Assembly (NCBI GenBank): GCA_963761615.1
Contig: CAVXGU010000003.1
Span: 1,155,238-1,219,237 of the forward strand
From: an uncultured Acidobacteriota bacterium
Lineage (GTDB): Bacteria; Acidobacteriota; Vicinamibacteria; Vicinamibacterales; CAVVIG01
DNA: 64,000 nucleotides
Reading direction: 5' to 3'
The position numbers and the translations under genes are program-made. Positions within the stretch are counted from its first letter, which is position 1. Every line of letters begins with the position of its first letter. Below, in pieces: positions 18,252-27,464 of the stretch. Under the pieces are notes generated by a model that made no database searches, was not told the DNA's origin, and was given only the letters and a program-made list of their open reading frames with translations.

Positions 18252-18482
18252 ATGAAACCCATCTCAATCGTCGGCGTGGTGCTGATCGTGCTCGGTGTGG
18301 TGGCACTCGTCTATCAGGGCATCACCTACACGAGCCATGACACCGTCATCGACATCGGTCCGATTCATGCGACGGCGGATCATGAGAAGACGCTGTGGGT
18401 TCCGCCCGTGGTGGGGATTGCGGCCGTCGCTGGTGGCGCCGCGCTGCTCTTCGCCGGCGCGCGCGGGAAGCGCGCGGCATGA
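18252..18482 (+). CDS. small membrane protein (2 TM)
   Basis: MKPISIVGVVLIVLGVVALVY...VVGIAAVAGGAALLFAG; clean hydrophobic hairpin. Confidence 0.6.
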   Translation: MKPISIVGVVLIVLGVVALVYQGITYTSHDTVIDIGPIHATADHEKTLWVPPVVGIAAVAGGAALLFAGARGKRAA

Positions 18483-18779
18483 GTCGCTCTCGGGAAGGAC
18501 GCCGACGCCGAGGAAGGCCGTCACGCCCGCGAAAGCCCGAGCCTTCAGTCCAAGGCCTCACTCGACCTCGATAGGCACCCTCACATCGACGTCTCTCGCG
18601 AGCTTCCTGGCCCTTGGTGTCCAGGACGACCGCCGTCCCTGCACCGCCACCTCGGCTGGGCGGTCGCGACCGATGGTCTGAGGCGGACGGCCAACGACCG
18701 GCGTCGGCGACGATGGGGCCTTGCCCGCCACCTTCGCCGCCGAACAACAGGTCGCCGACCGTCCCGATGGAGCCGGCTC

Positions 18780-19481
18780 TTACTGCGTCCGCTCTTTGGG
18801 CGAGTACCGGTTCAGCAGCTCGATGAGCTTTGCTGCGGACTTGGGTGCGGCTCGACCGGTCGTGACGATGTCGCGGTTCTCCAGTTTCTTCCCATACAGG
18901 GTGGCGTTGTCGTCCAGGTCCTGACGCAGCGTGGCGCCTTCCAGAGCCACGCCCGCGAACAAGCCCTGCGAGCGCGACCACGACAGGATGTCGGCGTGCA
19001 TTTGCGCGTCGGTCTGGGCCGTCGCCGTGCGTCCCACGGGGCCTGCGGCGACCGAGCCTTCAGCGCCCAGCGTGAACTGGCTCGACAACAGCTTGTCCGC
19101 GCCCCGATCGCTCATGACCAGCATGATCAAGTCGGTGGAAGAACCGCCGATCTGGAACCCGACGCTTCCACCCTCGATGCGGACGGTCCCGGGAGCAGAC
19201 CAGCCCGGCCGGGTCTTGCGGCGGCAGGAGATGTAGCCTTTTCCGTACTTCCCGCCCACGATGAACGCAGCGGTCTTGAGGTCCGGAACAATCACGATGC
19301 AATGGGCGGCCTCGAGGAGATCCTGGGGGATGCCCTGATCGGGCGCCGCCATGATCTGCGAGAACACCGCCGCCGCGTCGTCCAGCCGCTGAGCCGCTTC
19401 GTTGTCTGCTGCCTGCACCGGCGACAACGCGATCGTCGTTGCCACGGTCGTCGCCAGAGTCGTCGCGATAATCCATCTCAC
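18780..19481 (-). CDS. secreted Ysc84/DUF500 (SH3YL1-like lipid-binding) domain protein
   Basis: CIVIVPDLKTAAFIVGGKYGKGYISCR...GGSVGFQIGG...LGAEGSVAAGPVGR pattern; GTG 19481 gives a signal peptide (RWIIATTLATTVATTIALSPVQA). Confidence 0.8.
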   Translation of the reverse strand: MRWIIATTLATTVATTIALSPVQAADNEAAQRLDDAAAVFSQIMAAPDQGIPQDLLEAAHCIVIVPDLKTAAFIVGGKYGKGYISCRRKTRPGWSAPGTVRIEGGSVGFQIGGSSTDLIMLVMSDRGADKLLSSQFTLGAEGSVAAGPVGRTATAQTDAQMHADILSWSRSQGLFAGVALEGATLRQDLDDNATLYGKKLENRDIVTTGRAAPKSAAKLIELLNRYSPKERTQ

Positions 19482-19742
19482 GTCACACCGTCCTTCTATT
19501 GGGAGTGTCCAGTCCTGCAACGTAGCGTACGAGGCGCGCACGCCGATGTTCCGTTTGAGACGCCGTGAGGCGGAGGGCTTTCTGTGGAAGCTCGCCCGGT
19601 CGGACCGGCGGCCGCCAATTCCTGCGCGTAGTCAGAAACAGCCGGGACGGCATGTAATGGATCTCCTCGGTTGGACGAGGCCGCAGGATCGCGGACCATT
19701 CCGCGATCCTGCGGCACGAGACCGCTCGGCGGCGATTCGGTG

Positions 19743-20138
19743 CTAGCGACCGCGGTCGTTGCGGTCGTGCGATGGCGCATTCCGGTTTGCGTCGCGCTGC
19801 CTGCTCCGGTCCCAGCGGTGGTCGTGGGTCAGTGTGCCTCGACTGCCTTCCCACTCGCCGTTGTAGTACTGACCGCCGACGTAGTACGGAGCCACCCAGT
19901 ACGCACCCTCATAGGGCGGCAGCGTCCAGTAGCCGTTGTGCCATCTGTAGCGCGAGCCCTGGGGATACCAGTAGCCCTCAACCCACAGGTAGTCGAGTCC
20001 GGGCTGGCGCGGCACGCGGTACGCTCGTGGAGCCGGCGGCTCGCCGATGTGAATGCCGAAGGAAATCTGCGCGTGGGCCGCAGATGCGGTGGTGAGGAGC
20101 AAGGTCGCGACGGCAAGTGTGCAAAGGAGTCTTTTCAT
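19743..20138 (-). CDS. secreted Tyr/Trp-rich repeat protein (YXWGXW-like)
   Basis: Signal peptide MKRLLCTLAVATLLLTTASAAHAQ; WVEGYWYPQGSRYRWHNGYWTLPP.. aromatic repeats; basic tail. Confidence 0.7.
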   Translation of the reverse strand: MKRLLCTLAVATLLLTTASAAHAQISFGIHIGEPPAPRAYRVPRQPGLDYLWVEGYWYPQGSRYRWHNGYWTLPPYEGAYWVAPYYVGGQYYNGEWEGSRGTLTHDHRWDRSRQRDANRNAPSHDRNDRGR

Positions 20139-20273
20139 GAAGGAACCCTACGCCCTCGGACGACGTGCCGTCTGTCGCGTTTGACACACATCGATCCTCG
20201 CCTCGACGACGAGCGTTCCTCGCACGGCGAGAACACGCGGACCGGCCGGCCTCCGGCCCGCCAGGCGACTCGA

Positions 20274-20636
20274 CTAGTTCCAGTCGGCCTTCTTGATGTT
20301 CGCCAGGTCACGGTAGATGGATCGCGCGTCCTCGACGGCCCGCATCTGTTCGAGGTTGGCCGCGAGGGTCTCGGCCGTGGCGCGCACGGACTCCACGATC
20401 GCGTGCCGCGCGTCTTCCGTCGCCCTCCGGGCCTCCTCGGCGGCGTGACGTGCCTCCTCGGCCGCCGCCCGCGCCGCTTCCGCGGCCTGACGGGCCTGCT
20501 CGCGCTCCTGGCGGATTTGATCGAGCGCCTCGCGACGCTGCTCGTGGTCTTCCCGCCCCTCCTCGGCGACCCGTCTCAGGTGTTCAGCCGCGCGCCGCGA
20601 CGCCTCGAGCACTGGTTCCGTCGTGTTATCTGCCAT
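20274..20636 (-). CDS. coiled-coil Ala/Glu/Arg-rich protein
   Basis: ATG 20636 (MADNTTEPVLE..); repetitive AAEEARxA heptads; function unknown. Confidence 0.5.
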   Translation of the reverse strand: MADNTTEPVLEASRRAAEHLRRVAEEGREDHEQRREALDQIRQEREQARQAAEAARAAAEEARHAAEEARRATEDARHAIVESVRATAETLAANLEQMRAVEDARSIYRDLANIKKADWN

Positions 20637-20940
20637 GATGCCCCTCTGAGCCAGCCGCATTTCACCGAGACGACCCCGGTCATCCGCCAGGGACACGACG
20701 GGCCGCCAGCCAGGCCGAGCACGCACACGGCGCCCGCGACGAGTCCCGGTGTTCCTGAACGTTCGCTAAGACGAAACATGCCACACCGTTCGACCTGGAA
20801 GTGTGCACAAGAGGACAGCGGCTGCGGCCGGAGCGGTGGGCGGCCGCGTCGAGCCACCCGGCCTGTGCGCTTCGGCACATCGGGCGTGTTCCTGGCCCCG
20901 CTATGCTCGGACCATCTTGAGGAGCCTGCATGAAGAAGGC

Positions 20941-21393
20941 GTGGACGTGGGTGGGCGGCGGCGTCGTGTTCGCGCGACGATTCGCGTGGCTCGTTCCCTT
21001 GTCGCGCTGGCTTGCTGCCTCGCCCTGACCTCGGTCGCAGGCGCACAGCCTCTGGCGCCGGCGCCGAATTCGTCAGGCTTCGAGCTTCCGCTGACCATCT
21101 ACTTCTCCTCGGCTGCCCTCGACGTCGCGACGACGGCGATGCAGTGGAACGGCACGCGCGAGTCGAATCCCCTCGTGGCGTGGGCGGCGCCCATGGGGCC
21201 CGGCCCGATGCTCACGATCGGCGAAGGCATGGACGTGCTGCTCGTCTGGACGCTGCACCGGTGGCTCCACGAGCGGGACCCGGCGCTGCTCCGGGGGATC
21301 CTCTATGCCGCGTCGGCTGTTCGCCTGACCATGGGCATCTCCAACTGGCGTCTGAACCAGGACACCGCCCGGCTCATGCGGTCGCCGCGGTGA
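20941..21393 (+). CDS. DUF5658-like membrane protein
   Basis: AALDVATTAMQWNGTRESNPLV matches the D..TT......E.NP motif. Start ambiguous: in-frame GTG at 20941 or 20947. An SD-preceded ATG at 20930 is in another frame. Confidence 0.55.
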   Translation: MDVGGRRRRVRATIRVARSLVALACCLALTSVAGAQPLAPAPNSSGFELPLTIYFSSAALDVATTAMQWNGTRESNPLVAWAAPMGPGPMLTIGEGMDVLLVWTLHRWLHERDPALLRGILYAASAVRLTMGISNWRLNQDTARLMRSPR

Positions 21394-21624
21394 ACCGCCA
21401 CCAGCGCCGAGCACGCCGCGCGGCGCCGCGCGGCGGCCGGGAAGACGCTCCTGCGCGATGGGACGGTCATCCTGGCGTCGTGTGCCGAACGGTACAGACG
21501 GGCATCCGTCGACCGAGCCACGATGCGGTTCCGACTCAGCCGTCCGCGGCAGGGCGTCCACACGCGGTCGGCGCCTGCTCGCGGAATCACCTCGATGACC
21601 TGTTGCGCGAAGAGGAGACGTCAG

Positions 21625-22860
21625 ATGCGACTTTCGAAACGTGTCGGCACAGCGATAGCGATGGCCGCGTGCGCGGCCCTGCTCGGAACCCTTCCGGCGG
21701 CCGCGCAGGCGCGCAGACCAGCCCCGGCGCCGGCCACGTCCCGATCTGCCGATGGATATCTGACGGCCACTCGACTCGGTGGCTCGACGTCGCTGTACCG
21801 GCCGGACCTGACTGACGCCGCCAGCGTGAAGCGGATGGCCGGCGTGCGTGGCATGGAGGCCGACATCCGGAAGGTGTTGGCCGACAGCGGTCTGTCCGAA
21901 ACGGCCGACCAGGTGGTGGCGATGCTGTCCAACGCCCCGGCCGCCGTGAGAGGCGGGGCGTGCCGCGACGCCAGACCGGAAGACGGCACGCTCGTGGACT
22001 GCGACTTCGCCCCCGGTGGAACGCTCGAGTGGATGGCCTACCGGCCGAACATCGGCCGGCGCGATCGGACGCCGGATCGCCTGGAGAAGGTTCGATGGGG
22101 CGGCCGGGCGCCGTTCAAGGCCTTTCTGTTCCGCGTGACGACCGACGGCCGAATCTACACGTTCGTCCTTCCGAAGGTGTGCAGCAACCTCTCGTTGATG
22201 TCGGTGCAGGACGTCCCCAGGGTGGCCGTCGCGGAGCCGCCGCCGCCCCCGCCGCCGCCCCCGCCGCCACCCCCGCCGCCGCCCCCGCCACCACCGCCCC
22301 CGCCGCCACCCCCGCCGCCACCCCCGCCCCCGCCCCCGCCCCCGCCTCCTGCGGCGGCGAAAGCGAGCCCGTTCTTCATCGACGCCCTGATCGGCAAGGA
22401 TCGCCGCGTCAGGCCGATTGAGGGCCGCACGACGGGCAACGGCAACCCGGTGACGGCGAACGCCGGCGCGTCCGACTTCGTGCAGTGCACACCGCTCGTC
22501 GGCGTCAAGGTGGGCGTGGCGAAGCGGTTCGCGAGCAACTGGGAGCTGGCCGGCACCGGCGGCGTCGCGTTCAGCCTGGTGCGCGCCGACCAGAAGGTGC
22601 ACCAGAACGAGGTGCTGGTCGACATCGAAGCGAACAAGTACCTGGCCGACAACGCGTTCATCGGGACGGGCCTCTCGTTGTGGGACGTCACCCACAGCGA
22701 CGCGTTCACGCCGGCGCTGCTGCTGCACTTCGGCGTGCCGCTCGGCCACCATCCGAGTCACCAGACGTACTTCCTGGCCGAAGGCCGTCTGTTCTTCGAT
22801 CACGCTGACGACCTCCGGAACAACTACCAGTTCTGGGGCGGCGTGCGGGTTCACTTCTAG
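21625..22860 (+). CDS. secreted protein: Cys-containing N-domain, 38-Pro linker, C-terminal OM beta-barrel-like domain
   Basis: GAGGAG before the ATG; signal peptide ..LLGTLPAAAQA; 38 consecutive Pro; C-terminal about 165 aa with alternating pattern ending WGGVRVHF (aromatic terminal residue typical of OMPs). Confidence 0.75.
   Translation: MRLSKRVGTAIAMAACAALLGTLPAAAQARRPAPAPATSRSADGYLTATRLGGSTSLYRPDLTDAASVKRMAGVRGMEADIRKVLADSGLSETADQVVAMLSNAPAAVRGGACRDARPEDGTLVDCDFAPGGTLEWMAYRPNIGRRDRTPDRLEKVRWGGRAPFKAFLFRVTTDGRIYTFVLPKVCSNLSLMSVQDVPRVAVAEPPPPPPPPPPPPPPPPPPPPPPPPPPPPPPPPPPPPPPAAAKASPFFIDALIGKDRRVRPIEGRTTGNGNPVTANAGASDFVQCTPLVGVKVGVAKRFASNWELAGTGGVAFSLVRADQKVHQNEVLVDIEANKYLADNAFIGTGLSLWDVTHSDAFTPALLLHFGVPLGHHPSHQTYFLAEGRLFFDHADDLRNNYQFWGGVRVHF
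22237..22350 (+). repeat. uninterrupted run of 38 proline codons (C-rich on plus strand, G-rich on minus strand)
   Basis: Counted codon by codon: 8+20+10 CCN codons. 22321-22343 is C5-G-C5-G-C5-G-C5, i.e. four G5 runs on the minus strand. Confidence 0.95.
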
Positions 22861-22902
22861 TCGTTCATGCGGACACGTGTTTCTCAGGAAGAGACGGATC
22901 AA

Positions 22903-23634
22903 ATGATGAAGCGAGCTTTGTGGATTGCGCTGGCGCTCTCGGTCGTCAGCATCGCCTCGGCGTCGACCGCGCGAGCGGACGAGTGGAATCGGAAGACGCA
23001 GATCACCTTCAGTCGGCCCGTGGAGATCTCCGGCCATGTGCTGCCGGCTGGCACCTACCGGTTCCAGATGGCGGACTCGAGCGACCGCCATATCGTGCAG
23101 ATCCTCAGCGCCGACGGATCGAAGATCATGGCGACCGTGATGACGATTCCCGACTACCGGCTCACGCGGACGGACGAGACGGTGGTCTCGTTCCGTGAAG
23201 TGCCGGCCGGCGCCCCGGAGGCCATCCGGGCGTGGTTCTATCCCGGCAGCAGCGCCGGCGAAGAGTTCATCTACCGGAAGAATCGGGCCATCGAGCTGGC
23301 CAAGGCGTCGAACGTGGTGGTGCCCGCGTTCGCCGCGGACGTCGACGACGATGACGCGTTGAAGACGGCGCCGATCGTGGCGATCACGCCTGACGCGCAG
23401 GAACGTCCGGTCGCCGACGCGATCGAGACGAATCCCGGAACGCTGAGTGCCAGCGTCGGATCGGTCTCCAGCCAGCCGTCGTCGGCCGACGCCGGAGGCC
23501 GCCAGGTCGCGCGGAACGAGCTGCCGAAGACGGCCAGCCCCCTGCCGCTGATCCTGTCCGTGGGCCTCGGGCTCCTGGCCGCCGGCCTGGGTCTCATGGC
23601 GTTCGGCAAGCGCGCGACGGCGCCCATCGCGTAA
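22903..23634 (+). CDS. secreted protein with C-terminal sortase-type sorting signal (LPKTAS + TM + KR)
   Basis: Signal peptide MMKRALWIALALSVVSIASASTARA; about 125-aa globular domain; acidic/Ser linker. The C-terminus NELPKTAS-PLPLILSVGLGLLAAGLGLMAF-GKR (23521-23634) is a cell-wall sorting signal architecture. Confidence 0.75.
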   Translation: MMKRALWIALALSVVSIASASTARADEWNRKTQITFSRPVEISGHVLPAGTYRFQMADSSDRHIVQILSADGSKIMATVMTIPDYRLTRTDETVVSFREVPAGAPEAIRAWFYPGSSAGEEFIYRKNRAIELAKASNVVVPAFAADVDDDDALKTAPIVAITPDAQERPVADAIETNPGTLSASVGSVSSQPSSADAGGRQVARNELPKTASPLPLILSVGLGLLAAGLGLMAFGKRATAPIA

Positions 23635-23646
23635 GAGCGGTTCCAC

Positions 23647-24570
23647 GTGAAGCTGTGGCTCAGCGCGCTCCTCCTGCTCCAGGCCGTCATCAGCGTCCAG
23701 ACCGAGCTGGTGACGGTGCCCGTCACGGTGACCGACAGCCAGGGCCGCCACGTGAGGGGGCTCGGTCAGGAGAGCTTTCGGGTGGTGGAAGACGGCCGGT
23801 TGCGGCCCATCGCTGCGTTTGTCGGCGGGGATGCGGACGTGACCCTGGGCCTCGTGGTCGATCGGAGCCAGAGCATGCGCTCGAAGACGCCGGCTCTCGT
23901 GACCGCGGTGTCGGCGCTCTTGCGCTCGACCCGCCCTGGCGATGAGCTGTTCGCGGTGGACGTCAACGATCGCGTGTCGCTCGTCGGGCGGCCGGACGGT
24001 CAGCCATTCACGCAGGACATCGAGGGGTTGCAGGCGGCCGTGGTCGATGTCCGCGCGGAAGGCCGGACGGCGCTCTACGACGCCGTCGCCGAGGGGCTGC
24101 AGCATCTGCAACTCGGACACGCGGAGACCCGCGCGCTCGTCGTGATCAGCGACGGCGGCGACAACGCGAGCGAGCGGACGTACGCGGAGATTCTGGCCCT
24201 GGTACGGCAGTCCAACGTGGTGATCGACGCCATCGGCCTGTTCGGCACGTCCACGGCCGAGGAGGACGAGAATCCCGGGCTCCTCAAGCGGTTGTGCCGC
24301 GATACGGGCGGCGTGGCCTACTTTCCGCGGACCGACGATGACATTGCGGCCGCCGCGACCGAGATCGCCGGCGATCTCCGGGCGCAGTATCTGCTCGGCT
24401 TCGTGCCAGCCGACCGTGCCGACGGGCCCGCGTTTCGAAAGATCGCGGTCACGGTGAGCGCGCCCGGCCGCGGCCGGCTTCACGTTCGTGCGCGGACGGG
24501 GTACCTGCTGCCGGCCAAACAGGCTGACGACGACCGGGCGCGCGAACACACGGGACCGGGGACACCATGA
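23647..24570 (+). CDS. VWA (von Willebrand factor A) domain protein with intact MIDAS
   Basis: Hydrophobic N-terminus; DxSxS (VVDRSQSM); later T and D (GRTALYDA, SDGGDN). Resembles the VWFA-related family expanded in Acidobacteria (from memory). GTG start; stop overlaps the sortase ATG. Confidence 0.85.
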   Translation: MKLWLSALLLLQAVISVQTELVTVPVTVTDSQGRHVRGLGQESFRVVEDGRLRPIAAFVGGDADVTLGLVVDRSQSMRSKTPALVTAVSALLRSTRPGDELFAVDVNDRVSLVGRPDGQPFTQDIEGLQAAVVDVRAEGRTALYDAVAEGLQHLQLGHAETRALVVISDGGDNASERTYAEILALVRQSNVVIDAIGLFGTSTAEEDENPGLLKRLCRDTGGVAYFPRTDDDIAAAATEIAGDLRAQYLLGFVPADRADGPAFRKIAVTVSAPGRGRLHVRARTGYLLPAKQADDDRAREHTGPGTP

Positions 24571-25142
24571 CCTGGACGTCCGCCCGCGGCTGGGTGGCCG
24601 GCGGGCTCCTGGCGGCCGGCCTCCTGGCGTGCGGGTACGTCGCGTACGTGGTCGTCGACGCGAGGACCTACCAGCGGGTCGAGCGGCGGCGATTCGAGCA
24701 GGCGCCCGCGCCCCCGGCCGCCGACGCGGCCTCCGCGCCGATGGCCGGAGACGCGATTGGCGAGATTCGGATTGAGCGGCTCGGCCTGCTCGCCGTGGTC
24801 GCCCAGGGGGATTCGATTCCGATTCTCCGACGAGCCGTCGGTCACCTCTCCGAGACGGCGCTGCCGGGCCAGTTGGGGAACGTCGTGCTGGCCGGCCACC
24901 GCGACACGTTCTTCCGGCCGCTGAAGCAGGTCAGGGCCGGCGACGCGATCACGCTGACCACGCGCACCGGGGTGTTCGAGTACGTCGTGGAGTCGACGGC
25001 CGTCGTGCCCCCGAGCGACGTGCAGGTCCTGGAGGCTCGCGGCGGACGGACGCTGACGCTGATCACGTGCTTTCCGTTCTCCTTCCTCGGCGCGGCGCCC
25101 GATCGCTTCATCGTGCGAGCTCGCGAGGCGGGAGGCATCTGA
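24567..25142 (+). CDS. membrane-anchored sortase-family transpeptidase
   Basis: N-terminal TM (WVAGGLLAAGLLACGYVAYVVV); catalytic His (VLAGHRDT), Cys (TLTLITCFPF, the TLxTC motif) and Arg (DRFIVRA); ATGA overlap with the VWA gene. Confidence 0.85.
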   Translation: MTWTSARGWVAGGLLAAGLLACGYVAYVVVDARTYQRVERRRFEQAPAPPAADAASAPMAGDAIGEIRIERLGLLAVVAQGDSIPILRRAVGHLSETALPGQLGNVVLAGHRDTFFRPLKQVRAGDAITLTTRTGVFEYVVESTAVVPPSDVQVLEARGGRTLTLITCFPFSFLGAAPDRFIVRAREAGGI

Positions 25143-25160
25143 CCGACGCGTGTCGGTCGA

Positions 25161-27464
25161 CTATCGAACGGTCTGGGGAGCGGCGTTCGGCACGGCCAGG
25201 GGCACGTAGCCGTCCGCGGCACCCCGAAGCAGCCACGTGGCGGCGGCGGACGACATCGGGCGGGCATCGAACGAGCTGGCGACGGCATGGCCGAGCGGGT
25301 CGGTCGCCGGGAGCGGAGCGGGCGGGAGCAGCGACGCCGCAATGCGCGCGTCCATCGCCGGCGGAAAGGCCGGCACGGCGCCGACCAGCTGGTCCCGGTA
25401 CACGGCGCGCATCAGTTCCTCGAAGATCGGCAGCGCCACCCTGGCCCCGGTTTCACTCGATCCCAGCGACCGGTCGTCGTCGAAGCCGATCCGAACGGCC
25501 ACGGTAATCCCGTCCGGGCCGTACGTGGAACCGACGAAGAGGGCGTCCCTGAAGTCATTGGTGGTGCCCGTCTTTCCCATCACCGCGATGGGGAATCCGC
25601 GACCGGCCAGGGCATGGGCCGTGCCCGTCGGCAGCAGGACCACGCCGCGCAGGCCTTCCTGGATGAGCGAGAGCGCGAGCGGATCGATGGCGGCCGGCTG
25701 CGGACTGCGTCGCGCCGACGGCACGATGCCGCCCGAACTGCGAACGATCCGCTGAATCACGTACGGGTCGGCGTCGATGCCGGACGCCATCGCGCGGTAC
25801 GCGTTGGCGAGCTCCAGGAGCGTCAGCTCCGACGCGCCGAGAGCCGTCGTGGGATAGCGCGCGAGGGGCGTCCGGATGCCGAGCGTGGTCGACGTCCGGG
25901 CGATGCGATCGATTCCGACCTGCTCTCCGATCCACATGGCCACCGCGTTTCTCGATTCGGCGAGCGCCTGGCGGATCGGAATGAGGCCTTCGAAGCGTCC
26001 GTCGTAGTTCGAGATCCACTTGAGCGGCTGTGTCTCCCCATTCGGCACGGCGATGGGCTCGTCCGGGACCGGCGTGTCGAGCGTGAACCCGCCGGTCTGG
26101 AAGGCCGCCAGGTAGACGATCGGCTTCATCGCGGATCCCGGCTGCCGCAGCGACCGCGTGGCCCGGTTGTAGTCGCTGTACGCCGCCGAGCGGCCGTGGA
26201 ACACCTGCCGCCCGCCCGTCTCGGCCAGGATCCCCGCGTCGCGGTTCCGCAGCACTACGACCGAGCCCTGGAGGAGGCCCCGGGCCTTCGGATGCCGGTG
26301 CTCGTACTGGGCGAGGCCGTGCTCCAGTGCGTCGCTGGCGAGATGCTGCACCCGCGTGCTCGCCGTCGCGTACACGTCGATCCGTCCCGCGAGGAGGTCT
26401 TCGAGACCCAGATCGGCGTGCGTGCCGAGCTCCGCGACGACGTGACCCACGACCGCGGACGCCTGGAGCTCCGGGCGGGCGGCGTGCGGTGCGACCCGCA
26501 GGGCGCGCCCCCGGGCCTGCGCGGCCGCCTGCGGCGACAGGAACCCGTCTGCCTGCATGAGCGCCAGGGTCTGGTTCCGCCGTCGCACGACCCGGTCTCC
26601 GTTCGCCGCGCCCGGCGCGTACTCGCGAGGGGATTTGGGGATGCCGGCGAGCACCGCCGCCTTGTCGGCGTCGGCGACGGTGAAGGTGGCCAGCGGCCGG
26701 CCGAAGTAGTACTCCGCCGCCCGTGCAAACCCGTACTGGCCATTGCCCATGTACACGAGGCTCGCGTACCGGGCCAGGATTTCTTCCTTCGCGCGGCGCT
26801 TCGACCCGAACTGCTCCCGCATCTGCTGTTCGAGCCACACGGAGAGCCGGATCTCCTCACGCTTGCGGGCGAGCATGTTGACGGCGCGGGCGCCCATCGC
26901 CCACGACAGGAGACTCGCGGCCGGGCCGGCGTGGTGGAGGCGGTTGCTGTTCTCGGCGGCCGTCACGTCCCGGAGAAACGTGCCGCGCACGAGCTGCTGG
27001 GTAATCGTCGACCCGCCCTGCGGAAACGGCGCGGCGCCGGCGGGGCCGTTGCCGCGGCCGCCCCTCGCGAGCCGGCCAACCAGCGTGCCGACCCTGGCCT
27101 TCCCGAGGACGCGAGGCAGGCTGAAGTAGTCGACCCCGTTGTGGGAGAAGAAGCGCTTGTCCTCGGCGGCCAGGATGGCGTCCTGCACGACGGGGGGCAG
27201 ATCCTCGTAGCGCGTGATCGCACGCGGCTCGCGGGCCAGCTCGACGATCGGCCGTCCGTCGGCGTCGTACACGTGACCGCCCGTCGGCAGCTCGAACCGG
27301 ACGAAGGCCCCCAGGTCGGGCAGGTCGCGCCGGTCGAAGTACACGTGGTCCACCTCGGCCGCCACCAGTGCGGCGGCGAGCAGGGCGACCGCGGTCCCGA
27401 CGGCCCCGAGCCCGAGCAGGAGCGTGACGCGTCTGTTCGTGCGCCACGTAAGATGGAGGGTCAC
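25161..27464 (-). CDS. mrcA: class A penicillin-binding protein (PBP1A; glycosyltransferase GT51 + transpeptidase)
   Basis: GT51 motifs AAEDKRFFSHNGVD, GGSTITQQL, RKREE; transpeptidase SAMKP (SxxK), SRN, KTGTT. Confidence 0.9.
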   Translation of the reverse strand: MTLHLTWRTNRRVTLLLGLGAVGTAVALLAAALVAAEVDHVYFDRRDLPDLGAFVRFELPTGGHVYDADGRPIVELAREPRAITRYEDLPPVVQDAILAAEDKRFFSHNGVDYFSLPRVLGKARVGTLVGRLARGGRGNGPAGAAPFPQGGSTITQQLVRGTFLRDVTAAENSNRLHHAGPAASLLSWAMGARAVNMLARKREEIRLSVWLEQQMREQFGSKRRAKEEILARYASLVYMGNGQYGFARAAEYYFGRPLATFTVADADKAAVLAGIPKSPREYAPGAANGDRVVRRRNQTLALMQADGFLSPQAAAQARGRALRVAPHAARPELQASAVVGHVVAELGTHADLGLEDLLAGRIDVYATASTRVQHLASDALEHGLAQYEHRHPKARGLLQGSVVVLRNRDAGILAETGGRQVFHGRSAAYSDYNRATRSLRQPGSAMKPIVYLAAFQTGGFTLDTPVPDEPIAVPNGETQPLKWISNYDGRFEGLIPIRQALAESRNAVAMWIGEQVGIDRIARTSTTLGIRTPLARYPTTALGASELTLLELANAYRAMASGIDADPYVIQRIVRSSGGIVPSARRSPQPAAIDPLALSLIQEGLRGVVLLPTGTAHALAGRGFPIAVMGKTGTTNDFRDALFVGSTYGPDGITVAVRIGFDDDRSLGSSETGARVALPIFEELMRAVYRDQLVGAVPAFPPAMDARIAASLLPPAPLPATDPLGHAVASSFDARPMSSAAATWLLRGAADGYVPLAVPNAAPQTVR

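Noticed and set aside
20930-21028. Possible frameshift at the start of the DUF5658-like gene: GAGGAG-ATG at 20930 opens MKKAWTWVGGGVVFARRF.. in a frame different from the long ORF
   Set aside because: In-frame GTG codons at 20941 and 20947 give a plausible Arg-rich n-region plus signal sequence without invoking a frameshift. The evidence is insufficient to call a pseudogene.
22237-22350. Repetitive C/G tract considered as a possible CRISPR or other non-coding array
   Set aside because: It has no spacer-repeat periodicity. It is an in-frame run of 38 Pro codons within a gene that has coherent flanking domains.
21073-24549. 1158-aa ORF on the minus strand, the longest ORF in the window
   Set aside because: Its translation is Arg/Gly/Pro/His-rich low-complexity sequence with no motifs. 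It is antisense to four plus-strand genes that have signal peptides, SD sites and clear catalytic motifs. This is a typical high-GC shadow ORF.
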